Shown here in pieces: positions 1 through 9,330 of a stretch of 32,000 nucleotides of DNA (its first letter is position 1; the number at the start of each line of letters is the position of its first letter). The position numbers and the translations under genes were made by a program. The notes under the pieces are model-generated. The model did no database searches. It was not told the DNA's origin and saw only the letters and a list, made by a program, of their open reading frames with translations. The DNA is from Candidatus Saccharimonadota bacterium. Lineage in GTDB: Bacteria > Bacteroidota > Bacteroidia > Flavobacteriales > Blattabacteriaceae. The stretch is from positions 538,038 to 570,037 of the forward strand of contig NZ_CP059216.1 of NCBI RefSeq assembly GCF_014252315.1, given 5' to 3'.

Positions 1-1168
1 TTCCATTATGTTGGTTTAAATTAGATTTTTTTAATATTGTTTTTAATTCTTCATTGTTAATTTCTTTTTTTTTGTCAGCATATTCTATAAATTTAGAGTA
101 AACTAAATCTAAAGAATCTTTATTTAAAAAACATCCTAATTGTTGATAACGATAATTTAATGCTGCTCTACCACTTCTAGCTGTTAATATAATAGAAGAA
201 TTATTAACACCAACTTCTTTAGGATCAATACTTTCATATGTTTCTTTTTTTTTAATAACTCCATCTTGATGTATTCCTGATGAATGAGAAAAAGCATTAA
301 TTCCAACTATAGCTTTATTTGCAGGAATTATCATACCTGTATGTTTAGATACTAAATTACTTATATATGAAATAAGTTTTGTATTAACATTAGTAATTAA
401 ATTTAATTTTTTATTTTGTTTTATAATCATTACTATTTCTTCTAAAGAAGTATTTCCAGCTCTTTCTCCAATTCCATTTACAGTACATTCTACTTGTTGT
501 GCTCCATTAATTATACCATAAAGAGAATTAGCTGTAGCTAGTCCTAAATCATCATGACAATGAGTTGATAATATAATTTTATGTATTCCCTTAACATTTT
601 CCATTAAAAAACGAATTTTTTTACCATATTGTTCTGGTAAACAAGATCCTGTAGTATCAGCTATATTTATAACTGTAGCGCCATATTTTATTACTTTTTC
701 ACAAATTTTTGCTAAAAATTCATTTTTTGTACGTCCAGCATCTTCTGCATAAAATTCTACATCTTCTACAAATTTTTTAGCATATTTTACTGCATTTATA
801 GCTAAATCCATAATTTTTTCTGGAGTACTATTAAATTTATAACGTATATGACAATCAGAAGTGCCAATTCCAGTATGTATTCTTGGTTTTTTTGCAAATT
901 TTATAGATTCTCCTGCTACTTCAATATCTTTTTTTACTGCTCTAGACAATGCACATACTATAGTATTAGAAATAGTTTTTGAAATATATTGAACAGATTT
1001 ATAGTCTCCAGGACTTGATATAGGAAATCCAGCTTCAATAACATCTACACCTAGATATTCTAAATTCTTTGCTATGTCTAATTTTTGTTTAGTATTTAAT
1101 TTACATCCTGGAACTTGTTCTCCATCTCTTAATGATGTATCAAAAATATGAATTTTTTTTCCCCTCAT
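1..1168 (-). CDS. leuA: 2-isopropylmalate synthase, 5' part only (C-terminus lies beyond the window start)
   Basis: This ORF is not in the supplied track because it is truncated by the window edge. My translation of the minus strand from the ATG at 1168..1166 reads [55 protein letters not shown]...[16 protein letters not shown]...[18 protein letters not shown]...[12 protein letters not shown]. These are the classic LeuA/HMGL-like TIM-barrel motifs. Confidence 0.9.
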   Translation of the reverse strand, partial: MRGKKIHIFDTSLRDGEQVPGCKLNTKQKLDIAKNLEYLGVDVIEAGFPISSPGDYKSVQYISKTISNTIVCALSRAVKKDIEVAGESIKFAKKPRIHTGIGTSDCHIRYKFNSTPEKIMDLAINAVKYAKKFVEDVEFYAEDAGRTKNEFLAKICEKVIKYGATVINIADTTGSCLPEQYGKKIRFLMENVKGIHKIILSTHCHDDLGLATANSLYGIINGAQQVECTVNGIGERAGNTSLEEIVMIIKQNKKLNLITNVNTKLISYISNLVSKHTGMIIPANKAIVGINAFSHSSGIHQDGVIKKKETYESIDPKEVGVNNSSIILTARSGRAALNYRYQQLGCFLNKDSLDLVYSKFIEYADKKKEINNEELKTILKKSNLNQHNG

Positions 1169-1318
1169 AGTAATAGTATCTTCATTTAAATAATATTCAA
1201 ATCTATTTCTTATGATAAAAAAATTGAAATAAATTATTATAATACTTACAATATCTAAATTATAATAACTTATATATACATATCTATTAATCAACATTAA
1301 CATTATAATTAAATTACA

Positions 1319-2875
1319 ATGTCTAATTATAAAAAAAATTGTTTAGATCATTTGTTTTTATTAGTTAAAACTTTATCTAAATCTGAAAAAAGAAATTTTA
1401 TAATTTATGTAAATCGTATTAAAAAAAATCAAAATTATAAATATTTAGAATTATTTGAAATAATTAATAAAATGGATAATTATAATGAAAAAAAAATTCT
1501 AGATAAAACTACTATAAGTAAAAAACAATTATCTAATGTAAAATCTAATTTATATAAACAAATATTAATTAGTCTTAAAATACAACATACTAAAAACAAT
1601 TATGATATCAAAATACGTGAATATATAGATTTTTCTAAAATATTGTATAATAAAGGATTATATATACAAAGTTTAAAACTTTTGGAAAAAGCTAAAATTA
1701 TTGCTAAATATTATGAATATAATACAATTCTCTTAGAGATAATAGAATTTGAAAAAATGATAGAATCTCAACATATAACTAGAAGTATATGCTCTAAATC
1801 TAGAGAATTATCTACTGATTCTAAAGAATTAATTAATAAAATTAAATATACTAATACATTGTCTAATTTATCTTTAGAATTATATGGATTATATTTAAAA
1901 GTAGGATATGTAAGAAATGAAAAGGATAAAATATTCATAGAAACTTATTTTAGAGCTAATATTACTGTATTTAATATAGATAATCTATGTTTTTATGAAA
2001 AATTATTTTTATATCAAGCTAAAGTTTGGTATTATTATATACAACAAAATTTTATAATGTGTTATAAAATATCTTATAAATGGGTTAAGTTATTTCATAA
2101 TTATAAAAAAAAGAAAAAGTTAAATTCTATTAGTTATTTAAAAGGATATCATTATTTATTAGATTCTTTATTTTATTTAAATCATTATTATGAATTTTCA
2201 TCTACGTTAAAACAATTTGAAAAAGAAATAAAGAATAATAAAATACTTACAAATGAAAATACTTATATATTGATTTTTATTTATACATATACAAATCGTA
2301 TTAATAAACATTATATGGAAGGTACTTTTTCAAAAGGAATAAAAACTGTAATTCCATCATTATTTGATAAATTTAAAAAAATATATAATAGAATGGATCA
2401 TCATTATATAATGATTTTATACTATAAAATTGCATGTTTATATTTTGGAAGTGGAGATAATAAAAATACTATATTATATTTACTAAAAATTATAGAAAAT
2501 AAAAAAAAAGATTTAAGACAAGATTTACAATGTTTTGCTCGTTTATTACATTTAATTGCTTGTTATGAAAGTGGATTAGATGAAAATTTAGATCAAAAAA
2601 TTAAATCTACCTATAAATTTTTTATACAAATGGACGATTGGTATATTGTGCAAAAAGAAATAATTTTATTTTTTAAAAATTTGGGAAAATTTTATCCTAA
2701 TCAAATAAAAGAACAATTTAAAAAATTAAGAGATAAATTAATTAAATATAATAATCATCCATATGAAAAAAGAACCTTCTTATATTTAGATATCATATCT
2801 TGGTTATCAGCAAAAATAGAAAACAAGTCAGTTGAATCAATTGTAAGAGAAAGATTCTTAAATAAATTTAAATAA
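1319..2875 (+). CDS. Conserved hypothetical protein of 518 aa. The N-terminal ~90 aa module (LSKSEKRNF...[17 protein letters not shown]) is followed by an all-helical TPR-like repeat region. Function unknown.
   Basis: A long uninterrupted ORF with an ATG start and a TAA stop. I recall the N-terminal motif as a Bacteroidetes-wide family of uncharacterised proteins. Segments such as [26 protein letters not shown] look TPR-like. No catalytic motif was recognised. Confidence 0.6.
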   Translation: MSNYKKNCLDHLFLLVKTLSKSEKRNFIIYVNRIKKNQNYKYLELFEIINKMDNYNEKKILDKTTISKKQLSNVKSNLYKQILISLKIQHTKNNYDIKIREYIDFSKILYNKGLYIQSLKLLEKAKIIAKYYEYNTILLEIIEFEKMIESQHITRSICSKSRELSTDSKELINKIKYTNTLSNLSLELYGLYLKVGYVRNEKDKIFIETYFRANITVFNIDNLCFYEKLFLYQAKVWYYYIQQNFIMCYKISYKWVKLFHNYKKKKKLNSISYLKGYHYLLDSLFYLNHYYEFSSTLKQFEKEIKNNKILTNENTYILIFIYTYTNRINKHYMEGTFSKGIKTVIPSLFDKFKKIYNRMDHHYIMILYYKIACLYFGSGDNKNTILYLLKIIENKKKDLRQDLQCFARLLHLIACYESGLDENLDQKIKSTYKFFIQMDDWYIVQKEIILFFKNLGKFYPNQIKEQFKKLRDKLIKYNNHPYEKRTFLYLDIISWLSAKIENKSVESIVRERFLNKFK

Positions 2876-2887
2876 TTATTTAAACAT

Positions 2888-3258
2888 TCATCTTTTAATA
2901 TGAAAAGATGTTTGAATAATAAGAATTGTAATATACGATATCACAAAATTCATAAAATTTTGAAAAATATTTTTTGATTTACTATTAGGTTTTATTAAGT
3001 AAAAGAAAAATGAAATACTAAAAATAAGTTTTATTGTTTCTAATATTATATAAGTAACAATAAAAAAACTACTATTATTACTACTTATACTAAGAAAGTA
3101 TGAACACAAAAAAAAAATAGACTACTTAAAGGAAGTAGAAACATATACATTTTTATTGCAAAATTAGCATACTTTTTCAAAAATATTGAATTGAACAATA
3201 TGTGAACAAATCCAAATGCAAATATAGAAATATTATATATTATAATTTTTTTTATCAT
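2888..3258 (-). pseudogene. Small integral membrane protein (~123 aa if fused) split into two frames at a T10 (coding-strand) homopolymer. Function unknown.
   Basis: The upstream ORF (ATG 3258..3256, stop at 3087..3085) reads MIKKIIIYNISIFAFGFVHILFNSIFLKKYANFAIKMYMFLLPLSSLFFF... The track ORF 2888..3109 (TTG start, frame open from 3121) continues as CSYFLSISSNNSSFFIVTYIILETIKLIFSISFFFYLIKP... The two frames overlap only around the run at 3108..3117. One extra T gives one continuous hydrophobic protein with about 4 TM segments. Confidence 0.35.
3108..3117. repeat. A10 homopolymer (T10 on the coding minus strand) at the frameshift junction of the small membrane-protein gene
   Basis: Counted directly: tgaacacAAAAAAAAAAtag. 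Confidence 0.9.
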
Positions 3259-3308
3259 TTTTGATTTAATTTTTATTAATTTTTAATTTAATTTTTTTTT
3301 TTTTAAAT

Positions 3309-4577
3309 ATGAAAAACATTATAGAAGAATTATCATGGAGAAATTTAATTCAAGATAAAGTTCCTGGATTAAAAAAAAGATTAAATAAACCTATAACTAT
3401 TTATATTGGATTTGATCCAAGTTCTTCATCTCTTCATATAGGAAATATTGTTCCAATTATTATATTAATTCATTTTAAAAAATTCGGTCATAATTCAATA
3501 GCATTAGTTGGTGGAGCTACAGGTTTTATAGGAGATCCATCTGAAAGACATAAAAAAAGGGAAATTATAAATGAAAACATTTTAAAAAAAAATACAATAT
3601 CTATAGAAACCCAAATATATAAACTTTTTAGTTATTTTTCAGAAAAAATAGAATTATTAAACAATTTTGATTGGATAAAAAATATATATTTTATAGATTT
3701 TATAAAAAATATAGGAATACATTTTTCTGTAAATTATTTGATATCAAAAAAATCTATGGAAAAAAGAATAAAAAAAGGAATTTATTTCAATGAATTTTCT
3801 TATCCACTTATTCAAGGATATGATTTTCTTTATTTAAATAAAGAAAAAAATTGTCAATTGCAAGTAGGTGGATCAGATCAATGGGGAAATATAACAATAG
3901 GAATAGAACTAATAAAAAAGAAAACTAAAAAAAAAGCATATGGATTAACTTTTCCTTTAATAACAAATTCTAATGGTATAAAATTTGGTAAAAGTAATAA
4001 TGAAAAAGAAAATATATGGTTAAATGAAAAAAAAACATCTCCATATAAATTTTATCAATTTTGGATAAATTTATCTGATTTAGAAGTAAAAAAATATATA
4101 AAAATATATACATTTTTATCTAAAAAGGAAATAAATTCATTAATTGTAAAACATGAAAAATATCCTAATAAAAGATTATTACAAAAAAAATTAGCTTGTT
4201 ATATGACTAAATGGATTCATGGAGATAAAAAATATCAAATGATAGTTAATATTACTTCTACATTATTTAATAAAGATCATAAAATTCTTTCTTTATTAAA
4301 AGAAAAAGACTATATGTTTATATATAAAAATATTCCACATTCACATATTTCAAAAAAAAAAATTGAAAAGGGAATTTTACTATCAGATCTTATGAAAGAA
4401 ATTGGATTTTTTTCCTCTAAATCTAGAGCTAATCATGCTATAAAAACAAAATCAATATATATTAACAAAATTATAACAAAAGAAAATATTACTATTAATA
4501 AAAAAAATTTAATAAACAAAAAATATATATTATTTCAATTTGGAAAAAAAAATTTTTTTATTTTAATGACTAAATAA
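3309..4577 (+). CDS. tyrS: Tyrosyl-tRNA synthetase
   Basis: Class I signatures are present: HIGN (HIGH motif) in GFDPSSSSLHIGN, and KFGKS (KMSKS motif). The GGSDQWGNI motif and a C-terminal S4-like domain are also present. Confidence 0.95.
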   Translation: MKNIIEELSWRNLIQDKVPGLKKRLNKPITIYIGFDPSSSSLHIGNIVPIIILIHFKKFGHNSIALVGGATGFIGDPSERHKKREIINENILKKNTISIETQIYKLFSYFSEKIELLNNFDWIKNIYFIDFIKNIGIHFSVNYLISKKSMEKRIKKGIYFNEFSYPLIQGYDFLYLNKEKNCQLQVGGSDQWGNITIGIELIKKKTKKKAYGLTFPLITNSNGIKFGKSNNEKENIWLNEKKTSPYKFYQFWINLSDLEVKKYIKIYTFLSKKEINSLIVKHEKYPNKRLLQKKLACYMTKWIHGDKKYQMIVNITSTLFNKDHKILSLLKEKDYMFIYKNIPHSHISKKKIEKGILLSDLMKEIGFFSSKSRANHAIKTKSIYINKIITKENITINKKNLINKKYILFQFGKKNFFILMTK

Positions 4578-4579
4578 AT

Positions 4580-5467
4580 TCAATATCCAAACATTTTTAA
4601 TCTTTTATAATCATTATACCATTTTTTAAATATTTTTATATATATATTCAATTTTATTTCCTTATCAAAAAAATTTTTTATACTATTTTCAGAATAATAT
4701 TTTAATCTATAAATAGACTTACCTAATTTACCTATTAAAATATTTTTTTGAGAATTTCTTTCAACAAAAATAAATGAAGTTATATATATACAATTTTTTT
4801 TTTCATTAAAAATTTCTGTTTCTACTTCTGTTATATAAGGAATTTCTTTTTTGTATAATAAAAAAATTTTTTCTCTAATTATTTCATTTACAAAAAATCG
4901 TTTAGGTTTATCCGTTAAAAATTCTTTTGGATAAAAAGGTGGATGTTCAGGTAACAATTTTTGTATTTTTTCTATTAAAATATTTTTATTTATATCTTTT
5001 AAAGCAGATATAGATATTATATCAGTTTTATCTAAAATATTTTTCCAATATTTTATAGTTTTATTATAAATATTTTTTTCTTTTATTGAAACAATTTTAT
5101 CTATTTTATTTATTACTATAATAATAGGAATATTTTTTTCTTTTATTATATTAAATAAATATGATTTTTTTTGAAATTTTCCTATTTCAGTAATTAACAA
5201 TATGATATCTACATCTTTTAATGATTTTTTAACATATTGTATCATTCTATTTTGTAATATATTTTGACCATGTTCTATAAATCCAGGAGTATCACAAAAA
5301 ATCATTTGATAACCAGGTTTATTTAAAATACCTATAATATTATGACGAGTAGTTTGAGGTTTATATGTAGTAATAGACAATTTTTTATCTAAAATAGAAT
5401 TCATTAATGTAGATTTTCCTACATTAGCCTTTCCTACTATACTAACAAATCCAGATTTATGTATCAA
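4580..5467 (-). CDS. era: GTPase Era
   Basis: G1 is GKANVGKSTLMN, G3 is DTPG and G4 is NKID, followed by a C-terminal KH domain. The start is TTG at 5467..5465, immediately after an in-frame TAG, and no ATG is available. The stop is TGA. Confidence 0.92.
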   Translation of the reverse strand: MIHKSGFVSIVGKANVGKSTLMNSILDKKLSITTYKPQTTRHNIIGILNKPGYQMIFCDTPGFIEHGQNILQNRMIQYVKKSLKDVDIILLITEIGKFQKKSYLFNIIKEKNIPIIIVINKIDKIVSIKEKNIYNKTIKYWKNILDKTDIISISALKDINKNILIEKIQKLLPEHPPFYPKEFLTDKPKRFFVNEIIREKIFLLYKKEIPYITEVETEIFNEKKNCIYITSFIFVERNSQKNILIGKLGKSIYRLKYYSENSIKNFFDKEIKLNIYIKIFKKWYNDYKRLKMFGY

Positions 5468-5476
5468 CTAAATTAG

Positions 5477-8098
5477 TTATTTAATGTTTTTGTAATTTTT
5501 ATCATATAATTTTCTAAAAACAATTCCCTTTTCTTTAAAAAAATCTATTAATATATTTTGATTATTATGAATATTTCCTTTTAACATTTCTTTAGATAAA
5601 TTATTTAATATATCTTGTTGAATAACTCTATTTAATGGTCTAGCTCCAAAATGGAAATCATATCCTTTTTCTGATAAAAATTCTATTGTTTCTTTTGTTA
5701 ATTCTATATGTATTTTTTTATATAAAAGTAAATTTTTTAATTTTTTCATTTGTAATTTTACTATATCTCTAATTTCTTTTTTAGTAAGTGGTTTAAATAA
5801 AATAATTTCATCAATTCTATTTATAAACTCTGGTCTAACTAAACTTTTTAATAACTTTATTAAAGTTTTTTTTGTTATTTCCATTTTATTATAAGAAATA
5901 TCATCTTGATCTTGATATAAGTTTTCATAAATAATATCTGATCCTATATTAGATGTCATTATAATAATTGTATTTGTAAAATTAACAGTTCTTCCTTTGT
6001 TATCTGTTAATCTTCCATCATCTAATACTTGCAGTAATAAATTAAATATATCAGAATGAGCTTTTTCTATTTCATCTAATAATATAACACTATAAGGATG
6101 TCTTCGTATTATTTCTGTTAATTGACCACTTTCGTCATATCCAATGTATCCAGGTGGTGCTCCTATTAATCTACTTATAGAATGACGTTCCTGATATTCA
6201 CTCATATCTATACGTACCATATTATTCTCATCATCAAATAAATATTCCGTTATAGCTTTAGCTAATTCTGTTTTTCCTATTCCAGTACTTCCCATAAAAA
6301 GAAATGAACCAATTGGTCTTTTAAAATCTTGTAATCCAGATCTAGATCTTCTTATAGCATTTGAAATTGATTGTATCGCATGATCTTGACCAATAACTCT
6401 TTTATGTAATTCTTTTTCTAAAGATAATAATTTTTTTCTTTCACTTTGAAGCATCTTAGTTACAGGAATTCCTGTCCATTTAGAAACTATTTGAGCAATA
6501 TCTTCTTTAGACACTTCTTCTCTTATCATTTTTTTTCCTTTATATTCTTGCTTTTTTAATTCTTTTTCAAAATATTTAATTTTATTTTCTTCTTCTTTAA
6601 TTTTTCCATATCTTAGTTCTGCAACTCTACCATAATTTCCAGATCTTTCTGCTTGTTCAGATTCAAATTTGAAATTTTCTATTTTATCTTTAGATTTTTG
6701 TATTCCATCTACTAAATCTTTTTCACTTTGCCATTGGGAATATAATTCTAATTTTTTTTTAGTCAACATAGATAATTTTTTTTTCAATGGAATCAATTGT
6801 TGTTCATCTTTTTCTCTTTTTAATGCCTCTATTTGTATTTCCATATGCATAATCTTACGATGTAAGATATCTAATTTTTCTGGTCTTGAATTAATTTCCA
6901 TTCTTAATTTAGAAGCAGCCTCATCAATCAAATCAATTGCTTTATCAGGAAGAAATCTATCATTAATATATCGTTTAGATAATTCTACTGAAGCTATTAT
7001 AGATTCATCTTTAATTTTAACTTTATGATGACTTTCATATCTATCTTTAATTCCTCTTAATATAGATATTGCATCGCCTATTGATGGTTCATCAACATAT
7101 ACTTGTTGAAATCTTCTTTCTAAGGCTTTATCTTTCATAAAATACTTTTGATATTCATTCAATGTAGTAGATCCTATTGCTCTCAATTCTCCTTTTGCTA
7201 AAACAGGTTTCAATATATTAGCTGCATCCATAGATCCATCTCCACCTCCTGCTCCTACTAAAGTATGAATTTCATCTATAAATAATATAATATTTCCATT
7301 TGAATTAGTTACTTCTTTTATCACAGATTTAAGTCTTTCTTCGAATTCTCCTTTGTATTTTGCACCAGCAATTAAAGAAGCCATATCTAAAGAATATACT
7401 TTTTTATCTTTTAAATTATCTGGAATATCTCTATTAATAATTCTATATGCTAATCCTTCTGCAATAGCTGTTTTTCCTACACCTGGTTCTCCTATCAAAA
7501 TAGGATTATTTTTTGTTCTTCTAGAAAGAATTTGCAATACTCTTCGTATTTCTTCATCTCTTCCAATTACTGGATCTAATTTTCCTTTTAATGTTAAATC
7601 ATTTAAATTTTTAGCATATTTATCCAAAGTTTTATAAGAAAAATTTATGTTTACATTTTTTTCTCTAACATTTTCAATTGCTATTTTTATATCTTTTTCT
7701 GTAATTCCTTGATTCTTTAATAACTGTGACGTTTTATCAGAAGTCATAAAAATTCCATATAAAATATGTTCAACAGATATAAATTTATCTTTTAATAAAT
7801 TAGTATAATTTTCAGCTATATTAAGCATTGTTGCTACATTTGAGCTAAAATATTGATTAATAGATTCATCATTAATTATTTTAGAATAAGAAGATATAAT
7901 ACGATCTAATCCAATTTTAATTAAATATGTATTAATTCCTAATTTTTTAATTATAATAGGAATTATATTTTTCTCAATACTTAACATTGATTTTAAAATA
8001 TGAGCATTTTCAATAGATTGTTGTCTTTCATTAAATGCTATATTTTGTGCTTCTTGTATAATTTCCTTAGACTTTATTGTAAACTTATTAAAATTCAT
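5477..8098 (-). CDS. clpB: ATP-dependent chaperone ClpB
   Basis: There are two AAA+ modules (GEPGVGKTAI and GSTGIGKTELAK Walker A) with a long coiled-coil middle domain between them. The N-terminus MNFNKFTIKSKEIIQEAQ matches what I recall of flavobacterial ClpB starts, so I prefer the ATG at 8098 over the upstream ATG at 8116 used by the track. Confidence 0.94.
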   Translation of the reverse strand: MNFNKFTIKSKEIIQEAQNIAFNERQQSIENAHILKSMLSIEKNIIPIIIKKLGINTYLIKIGLDRIISSYSKIINDESINQYFSSNVATMLNIAENYTNLLKDKFISVEHILYGIFMTSDKTSQLLKNQGITEKDIKIAIENVREKNVNINFSYKTLDKYAKNLNDLTLKGKLDPVIGRDEEIRRVLQILSRRTKNNPILIGEPGVGKTAIAEGLAYRIINRDIPDNLKDKKVYSLDMASLIAGAKYKGEFEERLKSVIKEVTNSNGNIILFIDEIHTLVGAGGGDGSMDAANILKPVLAKGELRAIGSTTLNEYQKYFMKDKALERRFQQVYVDEPSIGDAISILRGIKDRYESHHKVKIKDESIIASVELSKRYINDRFLPDKAIDLIDEAASKLRMEINSRPEKLDILHRKIMHMEIQIEALKREKDEQQLIPLKKKLSMLTKKKLELYSQWQSEKDLVDGIQKSKDKIENFKFESEQAERSGNYGRVAELRYGKIKEEENKIKYFEKELKKQEYKGKKMIREEVSKEDIAQIVSKWTGIPVTKMLQSERKKLLSLEKELHKRVIGQDHAIQSISNAIRRSRSGLQDFKRPIGSFLFMGSTGIGKTELAKAITEYLFDDENNMVRIDMSEYQERHSISRLIGAPPGYIGYDESGQLTEIIRRHPYSVILLDEIEKAHSDIFNLLLQVLDDGRLTDNKGRTVNFTNTIIIMTSNIGSDIIYENLYQDQDDISYNKMEITKKTLIKLLKSLVRPEFINRIDEIILFKPLTKKEIRDIVKLQMKKLKNLLLYKKIHIELTKETIEFLSEKGYDFHFGARPLNRVIQQDILNNLSKEMLKGNIHNNQNILIDFFKEKGIVFRKLYDKNYKNIK

Positions 8099-8219
8099 AA
8101 TAATAAAATTGTTCATTCTACTCTAAATGACCAATTAAGTATTAAAATAAACAATATAAATATAAAAAAATTTTTATGATTAAAGCAAGTTTTGAAACTT
8201 ATATTTAATTTCGTTTTTT

Positions 8220-9320
8220 ATGATAAAAAAAGAAGAAATTAAAAATTTATCGGAGAAAATTCGTAAAATAAAAGAATCGTTAAAAATAGATGAATTAAAA
8301 AAAAATATTAATGAAAAACAAAAAAAAATATCTGATCATAACTTTTGGAAAAACCAAAATAACAAAAAAAAATCAATGGATATAATAAAAGATATTCATG
8401 ATATGAAAAAACATATTAAAGATTTTTCAAAAATTGAAAATGAGTTTGAAGAATTAAAAGTCATTTATTCTTTTTATAAAGAAGAAAATATAAAAAAAGA
8501 ATTTATTAAACAATTGAATATACTCAATAAGTTAATATTATCAATAGAATTAAATAATTTGTTTACAGAAAAAGAAGATTCTTTAAATGCTATTTTACAA
8601 ATTTCTTCTGGAGCAGGAGGAACAGAAAGTTGTGATTGGACTTCTATGTTAATGAGAATGTATTTTATGTGGGCAGAAAAAAATAATTTTTCAATAAAAA
8701 AAATACACTATTTACCAGGAGATATAACTGGAACAAAATCTGTTATATTAAAAGTAAATGGAAAAAATGTATTTGGATATTTAAAAGGAGAAAATGGTGT
8801 TCATAGATTAGTAAGAATATCTCCATTTGACAATAATTCAAAAAGACATACTTCATTTTCATCTGTATATGTACATCCAGTTGTAAATAATAAAATTAAT
8901 ATAAAAATAAAAAATTCAGAAATTCAATGGGAAACATTTAGATCTAGTGGTGCTGGGGGCCAAAATGTTAATAAAGTAGAAACTGGAGTTAGATTACGTC
9001 ATATTCCTACAGGAATTGTAATAGAAAATACTGAATCTAGATCTCAAATACAAAATAAACAAAAAGCTTTATATATTTTAAAATCTAAATTATTAGAAAT
9101 GGAAATAAAAACAATAAATAAAAAAAAAGAAGAAATAAAATCTGAAAAAAAGAAAATAGAATGGGGATCTCAAATACGTAATTATATTATGCATCCTTAT
9201 AAATTAGTAAAAGATTTAAGAACAAATTATGAAACTACAGATATTCAATCTGTAATGAACGGTGAAATAAACGTATTTTTGAAAAAATTTCTAATATCAA
9301 AAAATAATAAAAAAAAATAA
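8220..9320 (+). CDS. prfB: Peptide chain release factor 2, encoded as a single uninterrupted ORF
   Basis: The RF2-specific SPF tripeptide (RISPFDNNSKRHTSF) and the GGQ motif (SSGAGGQNVNKVETGVRL) are present. The N-terminal region aligns colinearly to E. coli RF2 across the position of the programmed frameshift. Confidence 0.93.
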   Translation: MIKKEEIKNLSEKIRKIKESLKIDELKKNINEKQKKISDHNFWKNQNNKKKSMDIIKDIHDMKKHIKDFSKIENEFEELKVIYSFYKEENIKKEFIKQLNILNKLILSIELNNLFTEKEDSLNAILQISSGAGGTESCDWTSMLMRMYFMWAEKNNFSIKKIHYLPGDITGTKSVILKVNGKNVFGYLKGENGVHRLVRISPFDNNSKRHTSFSSVYVHPVVNNKINIKIKNSEIQWETFRSSGAGGQNVNKVETGVRLRHIPTGIVIENTESRSQIQNKQKALYILKSKLLEMEIKTINKKKEEIKSEKKKIEWGSQIRNYIMHPYKLVKDLRTNYETTDIQSVMNGEINVFLKKFLISKNNKKK

Positions 9321-9330
9321 TTTTAGTTCA

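Noticed and set aside
1130-1303. A short minus-strand ORF starting MLMLINRY... in the leuA upstream spacer, considered as a possible leucine-rich leader peptide or attenuator.
   Set aside because: Only two Leu codons occur at the start. I could not find a terminator/antiterminator pair of hairpins. The ORF runs into leuA out of frame. In this base composition such ORFs arise by chance.
3292-3304. A T13 homopolymer lies immediately upstream of the tyrS ATG, considered as a possible regulatory or slippage element.
   Set aside because: It is intergenic, and long T/A runs are ubiquitous in this genome. No associated structure or ORF depends on it.
6669-7028. A 119-aa plus-strand ORF inside clpB. 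The same applies to 7353..7637 (94 aa).
   Set aside because: Both ORFs lie entirely antisense to a well-supported ClpB reading frame. Their translations are low-complexity S/I/L/F-rich with no recognisable motif. This is the typical shadow ORF in an AT-rich genome with few antisense stops.
8099-8116. An upstream ATG (MNNFII) extends clpB by 6 codons.
   Set aside because: Homologues that I recall start at MNFN-FTIKS, so the extension is probably not translated. This cannot be decided from sequence alone, so it is noted only as an alternative start.
8117-8219. Bacteroidetes-type promoter elements (TTTG / TAnnTTTG) were sought upstream of prfB. The same search was made in the other spacers (3259..3308, 18835..18969, 19906..19968, 29037..29137).
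   Set aside because: Only partial matches were found (for example TAATTTCG before prfB and CATTTTTG before tyrS), with non-canonical spacing. Such near-matches are uninformative in sequence this AT-rich, so no promoter features are reported.
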